64,000 nt of DNA. Origin: an uncultured virus (IMG/VR IMGVR_UViG_3300045241_000137). Its lineage: Duplodnaviria; Heunggongvirae; Uroviricota; Caudoviricetes. Made by a program: the position numbers and the translations under genes. Positions 1 to 9,872 of this stretch are shown piece by piece. The notes under the pieces were generated by a model. It ran no database searches, was not told the origin of the DNA, and was given only the letters and a program-made list of their open reading frames with translations. The DNA lies in IMG/VR virus record IMGVR_UViG_3300045241_000137. One strand, given 5' to 3'. The first letter of the stretch is position 1. Every line of letters begins with the position of its first letter.

Positions 1-1126
1 AACCCTCAACGCACTCCCACACCGGCACCTGCTCGTCACCGTACACGGGCGCGTTCGGCTCAGAGTCACCGAGTTCGCTTCCGACGTCGGCGAAACCACC
101 AGGCCACGTTTCGTTACCCGTCTCGCGCTGATCACCAAGCAGGACCGTCGTTCCGACCTCGACGCAGTCCTCGTGGTGGACGAGCACAACATTCGCGGGC
201 CAGCGGCCACCGGAAGCCTGCTGAGCTTCAGACCCGTCTCCCTTCGGCTCTCCACGCTCCATGTGGTGTGGTTCGCTCCCGCCGGGGCCGTTCGGATACG
301 ACCAGCCAGCGTCGGCGCCGATCCTGCAACCGTCGATGTTCAGCCCGCCCGTCCCGTGCGCCAGCACGTTCTTCGCCACCGTCCCGGCGAGCGGCTTACG
401 CGCGACGATGATCGGCTCGTGCGCGGGCTTCAGCGCAGTTCCAAATCCAGACCAAGCCTTCGCCTCATCGGTCACGGCATCGTTAGACAACGGCGAGTTC
501 CCGTTCTCGTAGTACGCATCGTCGCGGTAGCCGTGTTCCCGGTTGCCCGCGTTGAGCGCGGCCATGCCGCCGGACGCACTACCTGCGACACGTTCGCGCT
601 CTGCGCCGAGAGACTTGTCGATCGCCTTCGAGATGTCGTGAGACTTCGGGAAGCCGGAGCCGAACATCCAGGCGAGGATCTCGTCGCGGATCTCGAATCC
701 CGCGTCCTCCAGCCCACAAGCCAGACGATGCGCCGTCCGCGTCCCGCCGAACACCAGCGCGAACCCGCCGGGCTTCAAGACGCGCAGGCACTCGCGCGCC
801 CACTGCTCAACCCACGCCTGGAACGCGCGGTTCCCCGTGACAGAGAAGTCGTACGCGCCCGCCTCGCCCGCGCGATTCTGGAACGCGCTGCCGCTCCGCT
901 CGATCAGCTTCCGCGACGTCGAATCAGGACTGCCCGTGAGGCGAAGATGCTGCCGCGTCTCGCGGCGCTTCTCCTCGGCCTGCTGCTGGATAGCGGCTCC
1001 GTCCCACGCCTTGCCCATGAAGTTGATCCCGTAGGGCGGGTCCGTCACCAGCGAGTCGATCGACGCGTCCGGCAGACCCGCCAGCTCGACGAAGCAGTCA
1101 CCGAGTATCAGCCGCGATTCGCTCAC
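1..1126 (-). CDS. Site-specific DNA methyltransferase (N6-adenine/N4-cytosine family), 3' end runs off the window
   Basis: Not in the ORF track. Read manually from GTG at 1126 (GTGA overlap with the helicase stop): MSESRLILGDCFVELAGLPDASIDSLVTDPPYGINFMGKAWD...VLKPGG...GSGFPKS...GTALKPAHEPIIVARKP. Catalytic DPPY motif present. Confidence 0.9.
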   Translation of the reverse strand, partial: MSESRLILGDCFVELAGLPDASIDSLVTDPPYGINFMGKAWDGAAIQQQAEEKRRETRQHLRLTGSPDSTSRKLIERSGSAFQNRAGEAGAYDFSVTGNRAFQAWVEQWARECLRVLKPGGFALVFGGTRTAHRLACGLEDAGFEIRDEILAWMFGSGFPKSHDISKAIDKSLGAERERVAGSASGGMAALNAGNREHGYRDDAYYENGNSPLSNDAVTDEAKAWSGFGTALKPAHEPIIVARKPLAGTVAKNVLAHGTGGLNIDGCRIGADAGWSYPNGPGGSEPHHMERGEPKGDGSEAQQASGGRWPANVVLVHHEDCVEVGTTVLLGDQRETGNETWPGGFADVGSELGDSEPNAPVYGDEQVPVWECVEG

Positions 1127-2739
1127 CGTGCCGCGAACGCCGTAGCGCCCGACTCCAGATCCTTCATCTCCACCACGTCCCCGTCCGCCAGCATCTTCTT
1201 CAACGTGTTCCGCACCTTCTGCTGCTCAGCCTTCGACGGCTCCGCCGACGCATAGAACATCCCGGCGATCTCCGCGATCGTCAACGGCCTGCCCGAGTCG
1301 ACCAGAATGTCCGCCATCGACCTGTGCTCGTACAAGAAGCTCGAGCCGGTGTCGTGCTGGTGCAGGATCTTGAACGGCCCCACCTCGCCCGCCGGCTGCT
1401 TCAGATGCTCCAACGACACGATCGGATCGCCGGCCTTCCCATAGAGCGAGATCACCGAGCCCATCCCGGCCACGAAGTTCCGGTCGCCGTATACGTCCTC
1501 CAACGTCTTCGCCCGAGCGGGCATCCCCGCCGGGTCCTTGCGCGGATGATGCAACACCAACAGCTCGACGCCGTTCGCCATCAGCCACTGGAACGAATGG
1601 TTCACCTTCAACGCCGTCTCCGGGTCGGTGAGCTGCACTGCCACGTCCTTCAGCGAGTCGACGATCACGTACCCGGCCTCGTGGAGTTGGGCGAACTCGA
1701 GGAGCGCCCGCGGGTTGCCCGACAGCGAGAACGGCAGAGGCCCCTCCCAGACCAGAAGCTTGCCGTTCAGCAGCTCATGCTTTTCCCGTGGAACCATCCG
1801 ATAGAGCGACCGGCGTGCCTGCCTCGGCCGGTCGCAGGCGAGGTAGAGCACCGGCCGGTCGGCGCGCGCGAACGGCAGGTCGAACAACGAGTCCATCCGT
1901 ATGCCGCACAGGTGCAGAACGATCTGCTGCGCCACCGACGTCTTGCCGACGCCGTCGGGCCCGTAGATCATCAGCGGCTCGCCCTGCGCCCACAACACCC
2001 GGTCAGTCGTCCCCCACACCGACGGGCACCCTTCAGGCTGGGTCGCCAGCCACTCCCCGCCGTCCAATGCGCGGCGTGGCCCGCCGACGACACGCTCGCG
2101 CGTGATCGCCGCCGCCGCCTCGGTGATCTCGTCGGTGTCGCGCGGGTTCGTGATCGCGATCGCCAACCGCCGCTCATACGCGACCTTCCTGACCTGCTGC
2201 GCGTACTGCCCGACGTTCGCCGACGTCAGCGCCAGACCGGCGATCTCATGGATCCGAGCCTTGCCTCCCTCACCGCCGTTCGCCCCCGAGATGTTCCCGA
2301 GCTGGCCGGTCTGGTCGAGCTGGCCGATCACCGTGATCGAGTCGACACCCATGCCTTGCTCGTCGAGCGCGAGGATCGCCTCGAAGATCAGGCGGTGCGA
2401 CTCACCGAAAAAATGTTCTGGCCGTACCTCTTGCGCTGCGGCTTTGATCGCCGCCGGCGCCAGCATCATCGCGCCGAGGACCGCTTCCTCCGCTTCGGCG
2501 GCCTGCGGCAGCGGCACGGTCTTGCCGTTCGTCGGGACTGCGGCGAGCGGGACGCGACCGTTCTGCTTGCCCTGGTCGTGCTCGGCCTCGGTGAGCTGTG
2601 CATGGATGCGGCCAATCGTGGCGTTCGCGCTGTCGAACATTCCTGCGTCGAGTGCGTTCCCGAGGTCGTCGAGCTCGGACTTCGCACGCTGGATGGGTGT
2701 GCGCAGGTCGTCTTTGCCCTTACGGTTCGGCACGGCCAC
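1123..2739 (-). CDS. Replicative helicase: DnaB-like N-terminal domain plus RecA-type (AAA_25/RepA-like) ATPase
   Basis: PQAAEAEEAVLGAMML...FFGESHRLIF (DnaB N-domain), Walker A GPDGVGKT, Walker B VIVDSL, LHHPRK. Confidence 0.85.
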   Translation of the reverse strand: MAVPNRKGKDDLRTPIQRAKSELDDLGNALDAGMFDSANATIGRIHAQLTEAEHDQGKQNGRVPLAAVPTNGKTVPLPQAAEAEEAVLGAMMLAPAAIKAAAQEVRPEHFFGESHRLIFEAILALDEQGMGVDSITVIGQLDQTGQLGNISGANGGEGGKARIHEIAGLALTSANVGQYAQQVRKVAYERRLAIAITNPRDTDEITEAAAAITRERVVGGPRRALDGGEWLATQPEGCPSVWGTTDRVLWAQGEPLMIYGPDGVGKTSVAQQIVLHLCGIRMDSLFDLPFARADRPVLYLACDRPRQARRSLYRMVPREKHELLNGKLLVWEGPLPFSLSGNPRALLEFAQLHEAGYVIVDSLKDVAVQLTDPETALKVNHSFQWLMANGVELLVLHHPRKDPAGMPARAKTLEDVYGDRNFVAGMGSVISLYGKAGDPIVSLEHLKQPAGEVGPFKILHQHDTGSSFLYEHRSMADILVDSGRPLTIAEIAGMFYASAEPSKAEQQKVRNTLKKMLADGDVVEMKDLESGATAFAAR

Positions 2740-2749
2740 CCTCAGTCCC

Positions 2750-2952
2750 GTCTATGTGATGCGCCGTTCAGCGCATCGTTACGAGCGGGCGCCTGCTCGC
2801 GGCTAGATGGGCAGAAGGTTCCGGCAAGGTCAAGGCCGCATAGCTCCACCCTGTCACGGAGACCTGTCCCCCGGTCCGCGCCCGCCTGCAACTCCGTGAC
2901 GAGCGTCGACAGGCGCGGGCCGAGAGACAGAAGGAGAGATGCTCGTCACGGC
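2750..2952 (-). promoter_or_regulatory. Structured leader upstream of the helicase gene
   Basis: Complementary blocks 2894-2904/2941-2951 and 2864-2874/2920-2930, plus two small hairpins near 2758-2800. Possible promoter TTGCGT-N18-TAGCGT just upstream. Confidence 0.4.
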
Positions 2953-3031
2953 AACGGACGCTACACCCAAACGCCTGTTAAACGCAAGCGGAAATCTGTC
3001 AACACCCTTGCGCTAATAACAGCGATAACGA

Positions 3032-3682
<651 letters not shown>

Positions 3683-3689
3683 CTAGTTT

Positions 3690-4154
3690 CTAGGGTTGGC
3701 GGAAGCCTAGACCAGAATCGTCCACAGTGCTAACAGCCAACTGTGGACGAGAGTCCCTGCGGCCGATCCCCGGAAGCCACATGCTCGCGGGGTAGAAGTC
3801 CGATCCCCGGTTCAGCAGATGCAGGTCACGGTCGTACACCCAGCGTGTCCCCAGGACGATTCCGGCCTCGTCGAGATCTGAAGGGCGCCACAGATACACC
3901 TCGCCGCCGGCGCGAGCGAGCCTGTCCAGCCAGTCGACCTGATCCGGCGTCGGCTTGGTCTTCTCACGTTTGAGCTCGACGAACAGGATGCGCTCGCGCA
4001 CGCACGTCCTGTCCGGGTAGCCGGACCGCGATCCCTTAGAGCGGAGCGTGTGGTAGGTGACCCAGCCGGTCGCGGTCGCGAGGGACTTGGGTCCGCGAAA
4101 GAGCTGCGCGTCCCAGGCGTCCTCAAGGATGTCGGCGAGCGGGGCGACCGTCAT
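3690..4154 (-). CDS. VRR-NUC family nuclease (putative Holliday junction resolvase)
   Basis: SGYPDRTCVRERILFVELKREKTKPTPDQVDWLDRL...VYLWRP, a PD-(D/E)xK motif. Confidence 0.85.
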   Translation of the reverse strand: MTVAPLADILEDAWDAQLFRGPKSLATATGWVTYHTLRSKGSRSGYPDRTCVRERILFVELKREKTKPTPDQVDWLDRLARAGGEVYLWRPSDLDEAGIVLGTRWVYDRDLHLLNRGSDFYPASMWLPGIGRRDSRPQLAVSTVDDSGLGFRQP

Positions 4155-4534
4155 GCTGCCGCCTCCCTGTCTTCGCTGGCTCTTGCCGTCTTCGCTCGCT
4201 GCTCGACCATTGGCATAGCGGCCGCACGCTGCCCGTTGTCGCGCAACCATCCTGTCGCGTTGCGCTTGCGTTTCTTCCCGACACGCTCAGGATGCACAGC
4301 AGCTAGGTGGGCGGCGAACTCGACGCGGGCCTCGCCTGCGCTGCCGTTGAACGACCATCCGCACAGACCGCACGAACTGGTGCACGGCTGCTGGTCGCGC
4401 CACGCGTCTGCGTCCTCGTTCATCTCGATGGCGGACTTGCCGATCTTCTCCCGGCCGGTCGATCGGATGCGTGGCACGACCGGGTTGGCGTCTCCGAGGT
4501 TGCGGGGTTCCATGCGGCGCGGCTCGATGGTCAT
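4151..4534 (-). CDS. Hypothetical protein, possible zinc finger
   Basis: MTIEPRRM... with CGLCGW...HLAAVH. ATGA overlaps with neighbouring genes. Confidence 0.55.
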   Translation of the reverse strand: MTIEPRRMEPRNLGDANPVVPRIRSTGREKIGKSAIEMNEDADAWRDQQPCTSSCGLCGWSFNGSAGEARVEFAAHLAAVHPERVGKKRKRNATGWLRDNGQRAAAMPMVEQRAKTARASEDREAAA

Positions 4535-4683
4535 GCGTTCGGTGTGACCCAGTCGTACGGCGCCGGCAGTAGCGACATCAGCGGTCCGGTGATCAGCCAG
4601 TAGGCGAGGACGGCGGTGAGTGTGAGGAACGCGATGGCGGCCCAGGTTTGGCGCCATGAGTGCGGCACGGTGGAGCGGTACAT
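4531..4683 (-). CDS. Small membrane protein
   Basis: MYRSTVPHSWRQTWAAIAFLTLTAVLAYWLITGPLMSLLPAPYDWVTPNA; translationally coupled on both sides. Confidence 0.55.
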   Translation of the reverse strand: MYRSTVPHSWRQTWAAIAFLTLTAVLAYWLITGPLMSLLPAPYDWVTPNA

Positions 4684-4871
4684 CACGCGGACGTCTTTCT
4701 GCCCGATGTGATCTCAGTGAACGTCCAGTCGCGGATCCGGTCGGCCTGCTGCTTCGTGATCGCAGGGCACATCCAGAACCAGCAGCCCGGACTGTGACAT
4801 TCGCCGCCGGCACCGCTTAGGCAGAGGTCGCAGATCGCGATCTCGACGCGCAGGATCGTAGGTTCGGTCAC
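4683..4871 (-). CDS. Small Cys-rich hypothetical protein
   Basis: ICDLC...ECHSPGC; start and stop coupled to neighbours. Confidence 0.6.
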   Translation of the reverse strand: MTEPTILRVEIAICDLCLSGAGGECHSPGCWFWMCPAITKQQADRIRDWTFTEITSGRKTSA

Positions 4872-5284
4872 GCCTGCTCCTGCTCCCAGTGGGCAAGGGC
4901 AGCGCCGAGTCGTAGTGACGGCACCCTGTCGGAGAGGCAGACACCGACGCTTTCGTCCATCTCGACCCGCTCGTAGAGATCCTTCGCCGCCTCATAGAAC
5001 TCGGCGCACTTCGCGCAATGCTTAGGCCCGTGAGGAAACGAGGCAATCACCCGCTCGGCCTGCTCCAACTCGACAAGCGCAGCGTTCGTCTTCGGGAAAT
5101 CGTCCCACGATGGCTCACGGCTACTGAGCCACTCATCGCAGGCCCAGTCGGATACTTCCCCCAACACCGCGTCCCGCCGTGTCTGCTCCCGGTGCCCTGG
5201 TAGCCCGTACCCCTTCTCCTGTAAGTCCTGTGCGATCAGGTCTGCGGCGGCTTCCTCCCGCCGTGTCTGCTCCCGGTCAGACAT
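4868..5284 (-). CDS. Hypothetical protein with two REQTRR motifs
   Basis: MSDREQTRREE...GHREQTRRDA...HCAKC; overlaps the upstream stop. Confidence 0.6.
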   Translation of the reverse strand: MSDREQTRREEAAADLIAQDLQEKGYGLPGHREQTRRDAVLGEVSDWACDEWLSSREPSWDDFPKTNAALVELEQAERVIASFPHGPKHCAKCAEFYEAAKDLYERVEMDESVGVCLSDRVPSLRLGAALAHWEQEQA

Positions 5285-5680
5285 TGGCGTTCTTTTGGGC
5301 TTGGATGGACAGACGCGCCTCGCAGCGGAACACGTCGGCGCAGTAGTAGACCATGTCGAGCTTGTGCCAGAACAAGTCGTCCCGTTCACGGCGGCAGTTC
5401 GCGCAGACTCCTGAGTGAGGAAACACTCGTGCGTCCCGCCGTGTCTGCTCCCGGTCAGCCATTGTCTAGCGGGAGCGCCCCGACGCCTCCTTCCTCGATA
5501 ACGATGCGCTCCAACTCCTCGATTCGGCGTTCGGCCTGCTTCAACTCGGCGCGAGCCTTCAACAGCCGCGAGGCGAGCGGAACGATGTAGTGGCCGTGCT
5601 CACGCTGGTACTGCTGGTTCGACGCAATAAGCCGTTCAAGCACGTCGTCAGCGAACTCGTCCCGCCGTGTCTGCTCCCGG
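5172..5680. repeat. Four identical 21-bp direct repeats TCCCGCCGTGTCTGCTCCCGG
   Basis: Copies at 5172-5192, 5256-5276, 5434-5454 and 5660-5680. Each encodes REQTRR on the minus strand. Confidence 0.95.
5277..5462 (-). CDS. Small hypothetical protein (REQTRR N-terminus, CxxC)
   Basis: MADREQTRRDARVFPHSGVCANC...YCADVFRC. Confidence 0.65.
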   Translation of the reverse strand: MADREQTRRDARVFPHSGVCANCRRERDDLFWHKLDMVYYCADVFRCEARLSIQAQKNANV

Positions 5681-5688
5681 CCGGTCAT
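5455..5688 (-). CDS. Small hypothetical protein (REQTRR N-terminus, coiled coil)
   Basis: MTGREQTRRDEFADD...LKQAERRIEELER. Confidence 0.65.
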   Translation of the reverse strand: MTGREQTRRDEFADDVLERLIASNQQYQREHGHYIVPLASRLLKARAELKQAERRIEELERIVIEEGGVGALPLDNG

Positions 5689-5861
5689 CAGAATCCGAAC
5701 GTGTCGCGGAGGTCGCGCTCAACGGGACATCCTTCAACGTGCTCATCCGCCTGCGCCGTGCACCCTTCGCTGTTCGTGCAGTTCATCCGCGGAAGATCCT
5801 CGGTCGGCGTTTCCACGTTGAAGATGTCGAGCTGCATGTCCTGACCGTCGGTCATCGGCAT
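5688..5861 (-). CDS. Small hypothetical protein
   Basis: MPMTDGQDMQLDIFNVETP...CTNSEGC...HVEGC...; TGATG coupling at both ends. Confidence 0.55.
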   Translation of the reverse strand: MPMTDGQDMQLDIFNVETPTEDLPRMNCTNSEGCTAQADEHVEGCPVERDLRDTFGF

Positions 5862-6067
5862 CACAACGCTGGCCGCTCATGCTCGTGCGCAAGCTCGTCC
5901 AGCACCGCGTCGACCTCGCACGCCGGCAGATCATCATGGTCGAGACAGACACTGCTGATCGCCTTTGTCAGTCTTCCGCAGTAGATGCACGGGCGGCGCG
6001 GCTTGTTCTCGGCGCGCGCGGTGTCGGCTAGCTCGGCGAGGAACATGTCCCAGGCCATCGCCTTCAT
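5861..6067 (-). CDS. Small zinc-finger-like protein
   Basis: MKAMAWDMF...CIYCGRLT...VCLDHDDL. Confidence 0.6.
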   Translation of the reverse strand: MKAMAWDMFLAELADTARAENKPRRPCIYCGRLTKAISSVCLDHDDLPACEVDAVLDELAHEHERPAL

Positions 6068-6183
6068 CGCTCGTCCCTCCAGCGACGATATGAAGGCGCG
6101 ACGATGTCGGCCCAGAGCGTCAGCCAAGCCCAAGCGAACGCGACGCAGACGACCAACAGGATGAGCATCAGCCACGGATTCAC
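6064..6183 (-). CDS. Small membrane protein
   Basis: VNPWLMLILLVVCVAFAWAWLTLWADIV...; overlaps both neighbours. Confidence 0.45.
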   Translation of the reverse strand: MNPWLMLILLVVCVAFAWAWLTLWADIVAPSYRRWRDER

Positions 6184-8333
6184 GCATGAACCTCGCTGAC
6201 GATCCGCGAACGCCCGTCTACCTGCTCCAGCATGATCGTGTTCTCGAAAGCATCACGCATCTCCGGATTGTGCGACACAACAATGATGCGAGGCACAGAC
6301 CGCTGCAAGTCCTCCAACACACCGACGAGCGCCGCGATCCCCTCCGCGTCCAAGCCTTCGAGCTCGTCGATGACCAGCAGACCCGTCGCCGATCCCTTCC
6401 GCGACGCGAGCAACTGCGCGAGCGCCAACCTAAGCGCGAACGAAACCCGCGCACGCTCGCCACCCGAGAACGTCTCGTAAGGCGCCTCCCCGGTCTCGGT
6501 GAGCAGCACGACATCAAGCGTGTCCGACAGGCCACCCGTTTTCTTCTCGCGCAGCGTCCTCAGTTCACACGCGTAGGCGGGACCTCCGAGCAGACCGAGG
6601 ATCCGAGTCGCTTCCGCTTCGACCTGCGGGATCGCCACCGTTTCGAGGATCAGCGCGGGCACGCCGTTCGGGCCACAGGCTTTCTCCATCGAGGAGAGCA
6701 GGTCGATCTCGGTGTGGAGTTGGTCGCGGCGGACGCCGGCGATTGAAACGTCCGCCGCGATCTTGTCGAGGCGTGCGAGCTGAGTGTCGGCCTGCGCGAT
6801 CGTCCTGTCATACGAAGCGACGCTCGCACGCAGATCAGCGATTTCTCGCTCGGCCTCTACGACCGAATGCTGCGAGTCGGCAACCCTGGAAGGATCATGC
6901 GGGCCGAGCTCTAGGAGGGCAGCGCGCGCGTCCGCGACAGACTGCTCGCGCTGCTGAAACCCGGCCCGCATCTCGTCTGCCTCGCGCACCGCCTGCCCCC
7001 TGCGCGTCTCAGCCTCGCCTATCGCGGCCAGCCGTTCCTTCGCGCTCTGCGCCGAAGCGATCGACCTGTCCAGCAGCGCCAGCCTAGACTCGTCAGGCTC
7101 ATCTTTCGGAAGCTCGCCTAGTTCATCAGCCAGGCCGCTGATCTGCTCATCAAGACGCGCCACGAGGCGCGCAGCCCCGGCAGCGTCCTGGCGATATGAC
7201 TCGGCCGCGCGCAACGCAGCGTCCTCGTGCAAAGTCTGCCCGCAACGGTCGCACTTCTCGGCGCCCATCCCGTCGAGCACGGCCTCGGCGCGGCGGGTGA
7301 GAGCGACCTCCTCGTCCTCGAGCCGAGCACGCTCAGCGACCTTCGCCGCGATCTCGCGCTCTACGCGCTGCCGCTCACGCCACTGCTGGATCTCCACGAC
7401 CAGCGCGTCCTTGCGCGCGGTAAGCGCCGGCAGTGACTCGGCGAGCGCAGCGAGTCCCTTCGCCGCCGCGACTTTGTGGTCGATCGTCTCGATCTCCGCC
7501 TCGCGCGCAGACAACGCAGCTTGCAACTCGGAAAGCTGACGCTCGGCGTCCTGTACGGCCTTCTGCGCCCCAGCACGTCTCTCCACCTGCCGCTCCGCCT
7601 CCGCGAGCGCCTCGCGTGCCGTGGCGAGCGCAGCCACGGTCTCCTGCAACTGCGCCTCCCGAACCTCTCGCTGCTGGACCGCCTGCGCGCGCTCCTCCTC
7701 GATCAGAGACCGCTCGGCCAGCTCCGCATCGGCGCGCTCTAGGCTGCCTGCGATCCGGTCGAGCTCCGACTCGGCCGTGCGCTTCTCGGTGCGCGCGCGC
7801 TCGAGCCAGACGTCCCACTGGCCCAGACCGACGACCTCTGCCATGACACGCTTCCTCTCACGTGGAGCGGCTTCGCAGAAGCGGCCGGCGTCGCCTTGCG
7901 CGAGGAACGACGAGGCGCGGAATGTCTCTCGGGTGATTCCGATCAGGTCGCTGATCTGCTCGTTCGTCGCGCTCTGCGCTTCCAATGTCATCGGAATCCA
8001 GCGAGATTCCGTCGGTCCCTCGAACTGCTGCTCAAGATCGGTTTTGGACTGGCCTCGTCCCTTCGGTGAGAATGACCTGCGCACCCTGTACGTCTCGCCA
8101 CCGTGATCGAACGTCAACGTGATCACCATCGGACCATCGGAGATCGCTCCCCTTGGATACCAGTCCGCGAGCGAGCGCGACTCGGGCCCGAATAGCGCGA
8201 CGTCGATCGCATTGATCAGCGTGCTCTTGCCGGCGCCGTTCGCGCCGATGATCGCGAGCAATCCTTCGGACAGGTCGAGGTCGATCTGCTGGAAGGTGCG
8301 GCAGTTGCGCAGGCTCAGATGCAGCGGGTTCAT
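6180..8333 (-). CDS. sbcC: SbcC/Rad50-like SMC ATPase
   Basis: Walker A GANGAGKST, Q-loop FLAQG, long coiled coil with central CDRC zinc hook, signature FSGGE, Walker B LVIDE, H-loop VVSH. Confidence 0.93.
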   Translation of the reverse strand: MNPLHLSLRNCRTFQQIDLDLSEGLLAIIGANGAGKSTLINAIDVALFGPESRSLADWYPRGAISDGPMVITLTFDHGGETYRVRRSFSPKGRGQSKTDLEQQFEGPTESRWIPMTLEAQSATNEQISDLIGITRETFRASSFLAQGDAGRFCEAAPRERKRVMAEVVGLGQWDVWLERARTEKRTAESELDRIAGSLERADAELAERSLIEEERAQAVQQREVREAQLQETVAALATAREALAEAERQVERRAGAQKAVQDAERQLSELQAALSAREAEIETIDHKVAAAKGLAALAESLPALTARKDALVVEIQQWRERQRVEREIAAKVAERARLEDEEVALTRRAEAVLDGMGAEKCDRCGQTLHEDAALRAAESYRQDAAGAARLVARLDEQISGLADELGELPKDEPDESRLALLDRSIASAQSAKERLAAIGEAETRRGQAVREADEMRAGFQQREQSVADARAALLELGPHDPSRVADSQHSVVEAEREIADLRASVASYDRTIAQADTQLARLDKIAADVSIAGVRRDQLHTEIDLLSSMEKACGPNGVPALILETVAIPQVEAEATRILGLLGGPAYACELRTLREKKTGGLSDTLDVVLLTETGEAPYETFSGGERARVSFALRLALAQLLASRKGSATGLLVIDELEGLDAEGIAALVGVLEDLQRSVPRIIVVSHNPEMRDAFENTIMLEQVDGRSRIVSEVHA

Positions 8334-8458
8334 TCCGGCCACCTCCGCATGAGTGCGTCGTATCGACCAATGAGGCCGTCAAGTTCACGAACCAAGTAGA
8401 CGATCGCGATGAACTCGATGAGAGCGACGGCGACCATAATCCAAAAACCGAAGGTCAC
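8330..8458 (-). CDS. Small membrane protein
   Basis: VTFGFWIMVAVALIEFIAIVYLVREL...; sits between sbcD and sbcC with overlaps. Confidence 0.45.
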   Translation of the reverse strand: MTFGFWIMVAVALIEFIAIVYLVRELDGLIGRYDALMRRWPE

Positions 8459-9681
8459 CCGTCCCCCCACTCCTTCAACCGTGCGAGCATCGCCAGCGTC
8501 CGAGCAGCCTCGACCTCGTTCGCCGCGCAATACTCCTCCAGCGCATCGACGGGGCTCAACTGCTCGCTGATCTGCTGGGCGCGCGCGCGTTCCTTGCGGA
8601 TGATCGTCGGCTCTACTTGGATCCTTGACGGAATCGCGCCGCGAAGCACACGTCGCTTCGTGTCCTCCAGATCGACCTTTCGCGACTCCTCCTCTGTCAC
8701 CCGGTAGCGGATGCGGACGCGGTCACCGTCGATCACCGCCGGGAGGTCGTCCATCGCGACGAGGTTGCCCTCGTCGTCCACTAGGTCCACGGTGACGAAC
8801 TGCGGTGCGGGAATCGGCACGAACTCCGCGCTCGCAGAGCCGGAAGACTTCGCAGCGAAAGGCTCGCCCTCCGGATCGAAGTCAAGGATCCAGCAGCCGT
8901 GCTCGCCATGCTCCCCGAAGTTCAACTGCTGCGGTGACCCGACCACGATCCCCAACGTCCGGTCGATCAGCGGCTGCGAAATCTGCTGCGGCTGATGGAT
9001 GTGCGCGCCCACGACGGCGTCGAATCCGATCGCGTCAAGGTCGGCCCAGGAGAGCACCGGCTCGCGCATCTCGTCGACGGGCAGGCCGGTCGGGAGCGCC
9101 GAGCCACTGATGGACCAGTGAGCGAGCAGCACCGTCGGTATGCGCCAGTCAGGATTGCCCGGACGCTGCCACGACGCGCGCATCGAGGACTCAGCCTTCT
9201 CGTACAGATGCTTCGCGATCCGAACCAGCATCTGCGAGATCGTCAAGTCCGCCTCGTCATGCGTCAGCGACCCGTTCGCCTGCGCGACCAACCGGCCCGG
9301 ATGCACCCACGGGAGCGCGCACACCGCGACCTTGCCGGCGAGGACAGCTACCGTCGGGCTGTCGGCGACCTGGATGCCATCGACCTCGCGCAGCACGTCG
9401 AGCGCGTGCACGCTGCGGACAGCGGCGTCATGCCGGCCGTTGCCCACGCAGATGAACAGCGGAATGTTCGCGTCGCGCAGAGGACGCACACCGTCGATGA
9501 ACGCGCGGTGCTGCTCGGGCGTGATGACGGGTCCCTCGAAGACGTCGCCGCCGTGCAGCACCGCATCGACGTTCCTGTCGAGCGCAACCTGGATGATCCG
9601 GTCGAGGACGTCGCGCTGGTCTTGCAGCGTCACGGTCTGGACGCCGAGCTGGGTGTCGGCGAAGGCGAGCAGTCTGGTCAC
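8455..9681 (-). CDS. sbcD: SbcD/Mre11-like metallophosphoesterase nuclease
   Basis: ADTQLG, HGGDVF, GNGRHD, LAH and GAHIH phosphoesterase motifs; adjacent to the SbcC-like gene. Confidence 0.88.
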   Translation of the reverse strand: MTRLLAFADTQLGVQTVTLQDQRDVLDRIIQVALDRNVDAVLHGGDVFEGPVITPEQHRAFIDGVRPLRDANIPLFICVGNGRHDAAVRSVHALDVLREVDGIQVADSPTVAVLAGKVAVCALPWVHPGRLVAQANGSLTHDEADLTISQMLVRIAKHLYEKAESSMRASWQRPGNPDWRIPTVLLAHWSISGSALPTGLPVDEMREPVLSWADLDAIGFDAVVGAHIHQPQQISQPLIDRTLGIVVGSPQQLNFGEHGEHGCWILDFDPEGEPFAAKSSGSASAEFVPIPAPQFVTVDLVDDEGNLVAMDDLPAVIDGDRVRIRYRVTEEESRKVDLEDTKRRVLRGAIPSRIQVEPTIIRKERARAQQISEQLSPVDALEEYCAANEVEAARTLAMLARLKEWGDG

Positions 9682-9872
9682 GAGAAGTTCGCCATCGCGC
9701 CCAGCCGGGTGCGAACGCTGTTGAACGTCTCGAGCGCGAGCGTGGCGAGCCTGTCCATCTCGTCTTTGGTCACGCCGTCGTACGCCTTGACTTCGGTCTG
9801 CGCAAGGCCTTTGCTGTTCATCGCGATCTTGACGGACGACTTCACCTCGCTGGTCTGCTCGGGCGTGCTCAC
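9678..9872 (-). CDS. Small hypothetical protein
   Basis: 64-aa ORF coupled to its neighbours. Confidence 0.6.
   Translation of the reverse strand: MSTPEQTSEVKSSVKIAMNSKGLAQTEVKAYDGVTKDEMDRLATLALETFNSVRTRLGAMANFS

Noticed and set aside
5172..5680. 21-bp repeats as a CRISPR array
   Set aside because: Spacers are 63-205 bp, unequal and protein-coding in frame, and there are no cas genes.
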